Below, piece after piece: positions 53,742 through 63,127 of a stretch of DNA of 64,000 nt. Source of the DNA: Diplonema japonicum (taxonomy: Eukaryota; Protista; Euglenozoa: Diplonemea); NCBI GenBank assembly GCA_964019335.1, contig OZ025714.1, positions 248,001 to 312,000 on the forward strand, in the 5' to 3' direction. Below the pieces are notes generated by a model, which saw nothing but the letters and a program-made list of their open reading frames with translations, had not been told where the DNA came from and made no database searches. Both the position numbers and the translations under genes were made by a program. Numbering within the stretch: position 1 is the first letter of the stretch; each line of letters begins with the position of its first letter.

Positions 53742-54868
53742 TCACGCCTTCGACACAATATCAACATCTCTGCACGAAAGAATGTCAGCAAAAACACCGG
53801 CGGCAGTGACCTGCGTATATATAAATATAATTCTTTTTTTTTTTTTAAAATAATTCGCCATACCGCCGCACCCGCTCCAGGACCCTTCACAACGCAAGGG
53901 TTTTCCTTGTACCTCTCGGTGGTGATGATGCAAATATTATCAGACCCCGCAACACCGTAAGCAGCATGAGAAGCAGGGACCTCTTGGAGGGAAAGCTTCA
54001 TCGTCGGTGGCGAGGAGGAGGTGTCAAGCGAAGCCAAGAAACGAAGCGCCTCAGTACGTGTTGCCGCCGCGGCCCGACGGGCCTCTATGGCAGCATCAAC
54101 ATCAGTCTCGAGAACCTCGAAGAATTTTTCAACAGACGGCGCGGCAAAGCATGATTCCGGCAGAAAAGGTTCTACCACAACATCGTCAAGGCTAACATCG
54201 TAGCCTGCCTCCCTGGTGAGGATGGTGATTTTACGGGCAACATCGGATCCAGAAAGGTCGTCCCTTGGGTCGGGCTCTGTGAAGCCGAGTTCCTTCGCTT
54301 GCTTGACAACAGAAGAAAACTTCACGCCCTCCTTGAAACTATTGAAGAGGAACGATAGGGTACCGGACAGGATCGCCTCGATTTTGAGGACTTTATCACC
54401 TGTCTGCACCATGTCGATCAGGGGTTTGATGATAGGAAGACCAGCCCCTACATTCGCTTCATACTTGAACCTAGGGCCGTTTGGCCTTGATGCCAAGCTG
54501 AGTACTTCCTTGCGCAATGAAATCTCGCCCGAATTCACTTTTTTGTTTGCAGTGCACACGTGGATGTTGTGTTTGAGTGCTAATGGGTACGCTGGTGACA
54601 CAGCGTCGGATGCCGTGCAGTCGACAAAGACCGTTTTGGGTAGTTGCAGCGCGGCTGCCTTTGTGATGAAGTCTTCCACCGAGCCCTTCTCGCCCTTTTC
54701 GGCGAGGGTTTCCTTGGCCTTGTTGGCGTCGAGGCCGTCTTTAGACAGAACAAAGCTTCTCGAGTTGGCCACGCCAACCACCTTGATCCCGTGGGAGGGT
54801 CCCGCTGTGGCAAGCTGGGACAACAACTCCCCTCCTATCAAACCCGGACCGGCGAGAAGCACGTTCAT
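53742..54868 (-). CDS. hom: Homoserine dehydrogenase (monofunctional); 1 intron, 357 aa
   Basis: GPGLIG, VDCT, TANKK, YEANVGAGLP, TEPDPRDDL, GPGAGAA|VTAAGVFAD after splicing. Confidence 0.95.
53811..53863 (-). other. GT-AG intron, 53 nt, contains A13
   Basis: GTATGG...ACGCAG; restores the conserved GAG..VTA.GV..D motif. Confidence 0.93.
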
Positions 54869-55217
54869 TTTTTTTTTTTTTTTTTTTTTGTTGTGCTGGT
54901 TTTTTTTTTTTTTATATATTTATTTATTTTAATTCTCAGCAAGGCCCTTTTTCTGCCTGTCCGAGAGCGTGTATGCAATGTAAGAATAAAAATATATTAC
55001 GTGAGTAAAAAAAGGGTGGGCGGGGGGGGGATAAGGAGGGGGCAAAATTCTTTTGTTTGTGCAAGCCGTTGTTCACCTGTTGGACAGCCGGCTGCCTCTT
55101 TTTTTTTTTTTTTTTTTTTTTTTTGCAAATAACAATTACTTGTTTAAGTTTAAGTCTGTTTATTTGTTCCAGAAAAAAAAAGGGGGGATATCGGTCGCGC
55201 TGAATAAAAAATTTTAA

Positions 55218-55353
55218 CCTGATGCACACGGCGGCCTAGTTCGCCCAAAAATATTTTTCTTTGAAGAGAGGGGGTGGTATGGGTTCAAAAGTACTTTAAA
55301 AAAAACACGAAATCTTTCAAACGATAAGTTTTTGCACCTCCGTGCGCATCAGG
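55218..55353. mobile_element. piggyBac-type MITE (136 bp)
   Basis: TTAA on both sides; 17-bp TIR CCTGATGC(A/G)CACGG(C/A)GG. Confidence 0.85.
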
Positions 55354-56067
55354 TTAAAAAAAAAAAAGAAAAATAAATAATGGGGAGAGACAAATTTTTA
55401 AAAAAAAAAAAGAATCGTTGTTAGGAGAGAAAAAAAAAAAAGAAAACACATCCTCGATCATCTTTTCGTTGTGGTTGTTCGAAAGATGGTCGCGAACAAT
55501 GTATTTTCAGCGCATTTCGAAGAAAGCATGAAAAGAAAAAGGGATGGGGGAGGGAATAATAAAAGAAGGAGTAAAAAAAAAGAGAAAAAAAAAGGGAATC
55601 TGAGCTTGTTGTGGTTTATTTAATTCTTTTTTAAAGAAGGTATAAAAAATAAAAATGTAAAAATAAATAAAACAAGGATCGGCAGCGAACAAAAGAGTTT
55701 TTCAAGAAAGGGTCTCTTCTCTATAAAACAGGGCAATAAGAGAACAACAAAAGTGGCTCTTTTTTTTTTTTTTTTTCTTCTTCCTAATTGCATGTACGGA
55801 GACCCAGAACGAGTCAAAGAGTTGGTATTTTTAGCATGTTAGTTCACACGGAACGTATCCTGACATAAGTACTGCATGCCACCACTTCTCTTTTTTTGTT
55901 CTTACAAAAAATAAAATATAAAAAACAGCACTTTGCATCGCCTCGATCTTGTTTCTTTTTTTTTTTTTTTTTTTCCTTCTTCTATTCTTTTTCCATGAGA
56001 TATCATAAAATACAATTTTTTTTTTTTTTTTTTTCCATTCTTTACTTTCATAGTTTCGCCTCCTTCT

Positions 56068-56982
56068 TCAGTAGTCAGAAGTAACCTGCAGCTTGGACTG
56101 GTCATAGCCGAGGTTCACAAGCTTTACATATGCTGCGGTGAAGTTCTTGAAGAAGAGCTCCTCGTCAGCAGCGTACTTCTTCACCCAAGAAAGGAAGACA
56201 GGGTCCTTCACAAGGGCCATGTCGGCGGGGAGCATCATGAGACTCTTCGTCTCGCGGTCCTGGTACTGCTGGTTGGGCGTTCCTGCCGTTGCGGGGTTGA
56301 TCTCCCAGTGCTTGTTCAGAAGCTCGGTGTAGAAGCTGTTGGTGAAGCCATACGGGTCGTGCGTCCACGGGCCTTCGAACCCAGAGCGGTCCTTGTTGCA
56401 TCCCCCGATTGCGTGTGCCCCGATCAGGGCCACGATCTCCTCATCGTTGAAGCCGTAGCCCTCAGTGAACACTGCCCTGATGTGGTCCTGTCCCTGTGCT
56501 GCGTCGGGAAGCCTTCCTGTGGGTGGGCACACCTTCCCTGCCTCCCTCCCGTAGTAGAATGGGATCTTCGGGCCGCCCATCGCATCGATCGAGATGAGCG
56601 ATGCCAGCACCCACAAGTCCGCCTTGGTCATCTCGGGGTGCGCCTTCACCACCTGCTCAAGGGCTGACCTCGGAACACCCAGTCCTGCGTTCGCCCCGTC
56701 CTTCGACTCGGGCTCCATGTCCATGGTTCCCCTGTTCCCTCCGTTTCCTGCTTTCCTGTTGTAGGTTCCTGACGAGTGCCACGCCAGCCTCACGAACTCG
56801 GGGCCGTACTGAGGACGGTCGTCAAGGAGATCCTCCACCTGCTTCCTGATCGCAGCGAGGTTGCTCACGGGGGAGGTCTGCTTCCCCCAGAAGGCCGACA
56901 CCTCCTGCTGCTTCCACGCCATCCCGATCCCCACTCCAGCTCCTGCTCCCAGCATGGCGCGCTTCAAGGTCGTACCGAACAT
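56068..56982 (-). CDS. CCP1: Class I heme peroxidase, cytochrome c peroxidase/APX-like, copy 1
   Basis: RLAWH, GRLPDA, GAH, RSGFEGPW, LMMLPAD; targeting-like N-terminus with a hydrophobic stretch. Confidence 0.9.
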   Translation of the reverse strand: MFGTTLKRAMLGAGAGVGIGMAWKQQEVSAFWGKQTSPVSNLAAIRKQVEDLLDDRPQYGPEFVRLAWHSSGTYNRKAGNGGNRGTMDMEPESKDGANAGLGVPRSALEQVVKAHPEMTKADLWVLASLISIDAMGGPKIPFYYGREAGKVCPPTGRLPDAAQGQDHIRAVFTEGYGFNDEEIVALIGAHAIGGCNKDRSGFEGPWTHDPYGFTNSFYTELLNKHWEINPATAGTPNQQYQDRETKSLMMLPADMALVKDPVFLSWVKKYAADEELFFKNFTAAYVKLVNLGYDQSKLQVTSDY

Positions 56983-57994
56983 CTTTACGTGTGTGTGTGG
57001 TTTTTTTTTTCTTCTTTCTCCTTTTTGTTGGAAAAAGTACGTTTTGAACCCTCCATCTATTGAGGGAAGACGCAGCCATCACACTGCAAGGAGTGGACAG
57101 TAATGCGATAAAAGGCTTTATTGGCACCGTAAAGCGGGTGTGGATACCAGTAATTCTTTTACTATAGATTGTCGTGTTTCCGTATTGCAAGAGGAAAAAA
57201 GAAAAGAAAAAAATAATGCAGCATCTAGAAGAAGCACTGCATGGGGGGGGGGGGGGGGGGGGGGGAGTAAGAAACAAACGAACCTTTGTTTACGTTTAGC
57301 AAACAACTATTCCAAAGAAATGGTGAGGGTTCTTTTTTTTTTTTTTTTTTTTTTTTTTGTCCTTTCGCAAAGTCTGGTAACAAACATAGAAAAAAAAACA
57401 AATGTAACGGGGGAAAAAAAAAGAAAAACCCGCAGATAGCGACCAAAAAAAGAAAAAAATACAAAAATGTATGTGTGCTGGGCGTAGAATAGGCTCTTAA
57501 GGAAGTCAGGCAGTCAATTCTATAGTTTCTTTTCTTTCTTTTCTTTCTTTTTGGTACATCTTGCAGAAAAACAGGGACGGGTGGGGAAAAAAAGGAAAAC
57601 AAAAAAAAAAGAAACAAAGAGAGAAAGGATAAAAAAAAAAAAACAAGAAACCAAGAAAGTAACGTCAACTGAATATATAAAATATAAAAAAAAAAGAGAG
57701 AAAGAAAAAAGTGGGGGGTTTCTTCCAGGGGTCAAGACAAACGTAAAAAAGAAAATACTATCAAAAAAAATAATAGCGTGGAAACCATATCCCTATCTTT
57801 TCTTTTTCTTTTCTTCTTCTTTTTTTTTTTTTTTTTTTTTCCGTCCAGTTTTCAGTCGAGGTTTTTTTTCCTTCCTTTTTTTTTTTTTTAAACCGACAAG
57901 CATATAAAATCTTTACTTTTTTTTTCCCCTATGAGATATCATATTTTTTTTTCCTAAAAAAAAAAGCTTTTTTTTCTTCTTCTGAATTTACTCT

Positions 57995-58909
57995 TCAGTA
58001 GTCAGAAGTAACCTGCAGCTTGGACTGGTCATAGCCGAGGTTCACAAGCTTTACATATGCTGCGGTGAAGTTCTTGAAGAAGAGCTCCTCGTCAGCAGCG
58101 TACTTCTTCACCCAAGAAAGGAAGACAGGGTCCTTCACAAGGGCCATGTCGGCGGGGAGCATCATGAGACTCTTCGTCTCGCGGTCCTGGTACTGCTGGT
58201 TGGGCGTTCCTGCCGTTGCGGGGTTGATCTCCCAGTGCTTGTTCAGAAGCTCGGTGTAGAAGCTGTTGGTGAAGCCATACGGGTCGTGCGTCCACGGGCC
58301 TTCGAACCCCGAGCGGTCCTTGTTGCACCTCCCGATTGCGTGTGCCCCGATCAGGGCCACGATCTCCTCATCGTTGAAGCCGTAGCCCTCAGTGAACACT
58401 GCCCTGATGTGGTCCTGTCCCTGTGCTGCGTCGGGAAGCCTTCCTGTGGGTGGGCACACCTTCCCTGCCTCCCTCCCGTAGTAGAATGGGATCTTCGGGC
58501 CGCCCATCGCATCGATCGAGATGAGCGATGCCAGCACCCACAAGTCCGCCTTGGTCATCTCGGGGTGCGCCTTCACCACCTGCTCAAGGGCTGACCTCGG
58601 AACACCCAGTCCTGCGTTCGCCCCGTCCTTCGACTCGGGCTCCATGTCCATGGTTCCCCTGTTCCCTCCGTTTCCTGCTTTCCTGTTGTAGGTTCCTGAC
58701 GAGTGCCACGCCAGCCTCACGAACTCGGGGCCGTACTGAGGACGGTCGTCAAGGAGATCCTCCACCTGCTTCCTGATCGCAGCGAGGTTGCTCACGGGGG
58801 AGGTCTGCTTCCCCCAGAAGGCCGACACCTCCTGCTGCTTCCACGCCATCCCGATCCCCACTCCAGCTCCTGCTCCCAGCATGGCGCGCTTCAAGGTCGT
58901 ACCGAACAT
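57995..58909 (-). CDS. CCP1: Class I heme peroxidase, cytochrome c peroxidase/APX-like, copy 2
   Basis: Protein identical to copy 1 except AIGRCN versus AIGGCN. Confidence 0.9.
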   Translation of the reverse strand: MFGTTLKRAMLGAGAGVGIGMAWKQQEVSAFWGKQTSPVSNLAAIRKQVEDLLDDRPQYGPEFVRLAWHSSGTYNRKAGNGGNRGTMDMEPESKDGANAGLGVPRSALEQVVKAHPEMTKADLWVLASLISIDAMGGPKIPFYYGREAGKVCPPTGRLPDAAQGQDHIRAVFTEGYGFNDEEIVALIGAHAIGRCNKDRSGFEGPWTHDPYGFTNSFYTELLNKHWEINPATAGTPNQQYQDRETKSLMMLPADMALVKDPVFLSWVKKYAADEELFFKNFTAAYVKLVNLGYDQSKLQVTSDY

Positions 58910-59067
58910 CTTCTTTTTTTTTTTTTTTGCAAGCTGGGTTGTGAGTGATTATAGTGTGGCGAGCACGGCTGAGTAAGAAAAAAAAAAGGGGAACGAGAAA
59001 AAAAAAAAAAAGAGAAAAAAAAAAAACTACAAAGAACTCTAATATATGTCCCACATTCCTTTTTATT

Positions 59068-59220
59068 TCACCGCCAGTTGTACGCTGTATTTCCGTCAAC
59101 CTGCCCTATGAACGCGATGCAGTAGGCGTCAAAGTCATCTAGTGTGTTGCTACGCAGCGCAAGGGTGTCATAGTTTTGATGGTGGTGCAGTTTGAAATAT
59201 TCAAAATGCTGTAATTGTTT

Positions 59221-59260
<40 letters not shown>

Positions 59261-59369
59261 CCCCCAATACCTGCGGTATTTTCTGGTCCACTGGTATTCC
59301 TACAAGCGGAGCATTTTGCTGTCTGACTACATTTTCTTGCACTTTGCATGCACTACAGCCGGACCCCAT
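59068..59369 (-). CDS. Small protein (79 aa) with myristoylation/palmitoylation-like N-terminus; 1 intron
   Basis: MGSGCSAC start; splicing 59209-59270 joins KIPQ|HFEYFK...YNWR*. Confidence 0.7.
59209..59270 (-). other. GT-AG intron, 62 nt, G5 plus A39
   Basis: CAG|GTATTGGGGG A39 CAAACAATTACAG. Confidence 0.75.
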
Positions 59370-59575
59370 ACGTTTTAATTTCCGTGTATATATATCACCG
59401 CGGCTCTCCTCCAGAGGGGGTTTGTTTCCCCTCCCACCTGTTTCTGTTGATGAACCTCTTGTGTTTCGAAAAATGAATAAAAAAAGAAAATAAAGGCAGA
59501 AACTTACATTTCGTTTCATTCATGTCCAATTCAAAAATTCAATTCAAAGTTCATTTCTTCCCCACCCCACCCCAC

Positions 59576-60746
59576 TCAATGTTGGTGCACCACCAAAGTG
59601 CTCAGAGTACGCATCATTGCAAAGCCGAGGAGTACCGCAGCGAATTTTCTGTTTTTTTTTTTTTTCTCTCCCCGTAAAAATGAAAAATACATCCACTTTT
59701 TCTCAAGGAAACAGTGGGCTGCCACACTGAAAGAAAGAAAGAATTTTTTTTTTTTATTTCACACTAAAAATCCCCATCAACTTCACAGTGAATTTATATG
59801 GCTGTTTTCCGTTACCCCCCCCCCCCCCCCCCAAACATTTGTTCAGTGTTGACAGTATTTCTTTTTTTTAAAATATTTCTTTCCGCCCGATAGCATACCG
59901 ATTGCTGTCCCTTCCATTGGAAAACTCTTCAGTCAAGGTGTCAACCACTGCTATGTATAAAAAAGTCCCGGAGGCTGCAGCATCTAAATAAGCAGTGACG
60001 GTGGACGCGGTGGGCCCCTTAAGAGACGCTTCAAGAAACCAACCAATAAGGATACCGAAAGGGGACGAGATAGCGAAGGCGGTGAGAAGCCGCCGCAGCA
60101 CAACAGTGTCAGCGCCAGTCGATTTGACAATATTGGTGCCGAGAGAGAAGGCTTCGACCCATTTGTGTGAAATTATGGCAAGGAAGACAAGGAGTGCTTT
60201 GCCCCATTCTGTCTGTATGCCCAGTGCCATGCCGGAGACGACGGAGTGGACGGACAACACAGCTGTAAGAACGATCGGCATCATAGAAGTCTCACCAGAA
60301 GTGAACTTATATATGATATCTTGTTCAAACCCGTGGCTGTGTCCATGATAGGTTACTCGGTCACCACCTGCTTCTTCATCGTGGGCATGGGGTGCGTCCT
60401 CATCCTTTGCTGGCTTTGCAAGTAGAACTTTTTCTAAGTAGAACGTCATCATGAAACCAACCGCGCATAGAATGTATGGTTCTGATTTGCCTTCGCAGTG
60501 GTGCTCGTGGTTTTCGTGGTGGTGGTGGTGGGCTCCCTCTAGCTTCCCGAAGGCCTCCACGGCTTCGGGCAGAAGATGCACCAGCCCCCCTGCGAGAAAC
60601 ACCCCCGCTGCAAACGCATTCGCAATACTCAAAAACCGCAGATTTGTTCGGAAATACAACGGTGCACTGCCAAAGACGATTTTAACCCCGAAAATCGCGG
60701 CCATTGCCGCTACCCGGAACAACACCATCGAGCCCTCATCGTCCAT
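59576..60746 (-). CDS. ZIP-family metal transporter; 1 intron, 306 aa
   Basis: AAGVFL...VHLLPEA, His-rich loops, VHSV..GMALG, HKWVEAF, GTFLYIA; last TM helix RKFAAVLLGF lies on a separate exon. Confidence 0.92.
59649..59898 (-). other. GT-AG intron, 250 nt, A-run before CAG
   Basis: GTATGC...A14 CAG; supplies the missing final TM helix in frame. Confidence 0.82.
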
Positions 60747-61043
60747 TTTTTTTTTTTTTTTTTGTTCTTTCTTTTTTTTGTGTCTGAGAAATGCATTGTA
60801 TTCGGAGAGAAACAGAAAAAAAAAAAAAAAAAAAAAAGAATGAAAGAGAGCGAGAGAACGGCATCAATAATGGAAAGAAATGCGACCTTTTTTTTTTTTT
60901 TTTCTTCTTTTTTTTTCTTCTTCTTTTTTTTTTTTCTTTCCCAGTGTATGCAAGGTTCATTACTAGCATCGCTGTCAACACCACCGGAGTGGGCTGCTAC
61001 ACGATATATAAAAGAAAACTGGGCATTTCGATAAAAGGTTTGC

Positions 61044-61077
<34 letters not shown>

Positions 61078-61371
61078 CGCGCTGGGGTCACCTCGTTCTG
61101 TCCCCAATATGGGGGGCGGGTTTCCCGGGTGCCCAAAAGAATAAAAAAGCGAGAGAAAGAGAAGAGAGGGAGAAGCGTTCGCGGTGCAAAAAAAAAAAGG
61201 GACACACTCAACGAATGGCCCCCAGATGAAAAAGAGCATGTTTACATGTTTAAAGAGCATGTTAAAAATAAAATAAAATAAAAAAGTGAATATAAAATCG
61301 CTAGTTGGTAAAACAAAAAAAAGGGGGGGGGCAAGGTTTCAAAAAGGGTGAATAAGAGTTCTTCCTTTCTC

Positions 61372-62832
61372 TCAATTCACAAAAGGGGCCCACATCCCCT
61401 GGTGCCTGTCAGGGTTCGCCTCGGGGTGGTAGATGTTTGTCTGCGGGGGCAAGTAAGTGGTTCGCACATAAAACTGAATGCGTGCCTTGATCTGCTCCAC
61501 GATGTCGGGATGCTGGCTCGCAACATTGTACTTCTCAGTTGGGTCCTTTGTGAGGTTGAAGAGGTATTCCTCTGCCGTGGAGAGTGGGGGAAGCCATGTG
61601 TACGGTGCCACGGTCCAGTAGCCGTCGTAGTAGTCGGTCTGGCTAATGTTCGGCTTCACGATGAGCTTCATGTCCCCGCTGATGAACGCTGTGTAGTTCA
61701 TACCGTAGTTGAAGATGTTGACGGGGATCTCTGTGCGCAGCTCGGGTCCCTCGCCTGTGATCGCCTTCCACTGTGACACTCCGTCAGAGGGCTGCATGGG
61801 GAGCGACGCTGCTTCCAACACAGTGGGGAGCCAGTCCACAGCGTGGATGAGCCCTGTGAAATTGCTCCCTCTCTTGTTCGATGGGATGATGTTGTCCCCG
61901 CCCTGCAGGAACCCCACCCCCCGCACCCCACCGTCGAACAGTGTAGTCTTGCCCCCCCTCAGAGGCCAGTTCGACCCTGTTGAGTACAGCGCCCCCGATG
62001 CCCCTGACATGGACGCGTTCACCATCCCCCCATTGTCCGTCGTGAAGATCATTAGCGTGTTGTCCCACAACCCGAGGTCCTTGTACATGTTCACGAGCTC
62101 TCCTGTTGCATTGTCCGCAGCGTTCATCATATTGCAGTATATCTGCCTCCCTGTGGGGGACACATTGCTGCACAGGGGGTTCACCGTAGGCGGGTTCTCA
62201 AGCGGGATGTGGATGTTCTGGTGTGCAAAGTACAGGAAGCTCGGGCTGTTCCCGTCCACGATCATCTGGAGGTACTCCTTCGCCTTCTTCATGAAGGCGT
62301 CGATGGAGTACTCCCCGACGGGTACCGAGGCCGTCTTGTCTAGCCAGAAGTCGTACCCCTTCACATCCTTGAAGGCTACCGTGTGGTTGTAGTAGTCGCC
62401 CATTGCCTGCATGTAGCCCAGGTAGTGCTGGAAACCGCGTTCAGTAGGAGTCTGTGCCCACTGTGAGTAGCCGCAGTGCCATTTCCCGATCATGTATGTG
62501 GCGTAGCCGCTGTTGCGGAGGTACTCGGGAAGGGTGTTGACGTCAAGCGGGATTCCAGCCTTGCTCCCAGGCATTACCGTGTCCATGTGCTGCATCCCCG
62601 TGTTAAAGGGGTACCTCCCTGTCATGAAGGAGGACCTTGTTGGGCTGCACACGGGTTGTGTGTAGTACCTCGCGAGCTTGATCCCCGTCTTGGCGAGGTT
62701 GTCGATGTTGGGGGACGGCAGGTTGCCCCCTTGGTACCCTACATCCGCCCACCCAAGGTCGTCCACAGCCAGCATCAGGATGTGCGGCTGCACACTCAAC
62801 GCAGCAGCGAAACAGAGAACCGACATCATCAT
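61372..62832 (-). CDS. Arylsulfatase B-like sulfatase (S1 family), secreted/lysosomal
   Basis: PHILMLAVDDLG, CSPTR formylglycine motif, GKWH, TDNGG, LRGGK; signal peptide. Confidence 0.95.
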   Translation of the reverse strand: MMMSVLCFAAALSVQPHILMLAVDDLGWADVGYQGGNLPSPNIDNLAKTGIKLARYYTQPVCSPTRSSFMTGRYPFNTGMQHMDTVMPGSKAGIPLDVNTLPEYLRNSGYATYMIGKWHCGYSQWAQTPTERGFQHYLGYMQAMGDYYNHTVAFKDVKGYDFWLDKTASVPVGEYSIDAFMKKAKEYLQMIVDGNSPSFLYFAHQNIHIPLENPPTVNPLCSNVSPTGRQIYCNMMNAADNATGELVNMYKDLGLWDNTLMIFTTDNGGMVNASMSGASGALYSTGSNWPLRGGKTTLFDGGVRGVGFLQGGDNIIPSNKRGSNFTGLIHAVDWLPTVLEAASLPMQPSDGVSQWKAITGEGPELRTEIPVNIFNYGMNYTAFISGDMKLIVKPNISQTDYYDGYWTVAPYTWLPPLSTAEEYLFNLTKDPTEKYNVASQHPDIVEQIKARIQFYVRTTYLPPQTNIYHPEANPDRHQGMWAPFVN

Positions 62833-63127
62833 TTTTTTTTTTTTCTTCTTCTCAGCAAATCACCTTTCCAGGAAATTTAGTTCAGTGCAAACGAGCCTTT
62901 AGAAGAAAAAAAAAAAGGGAAAAAAAAAATAGGGGGGAGTGAAACTCGTTCGTTAACTGGTGGGCCTCTCGGCCCTCTTAGCACTCAGCGTTAACTCTGT
63001 TTTACTACGAAACCGATGACGACGCAATAGTGGGGTTGATCCCCCCCCTTTTTTTTCCTTTTGTAAAAAAGGGAAATAGGGGGGAGAGAAGAAGGAAAAA
63101 AAAAAGAAGAAAGCTCGAGAATCCCAA

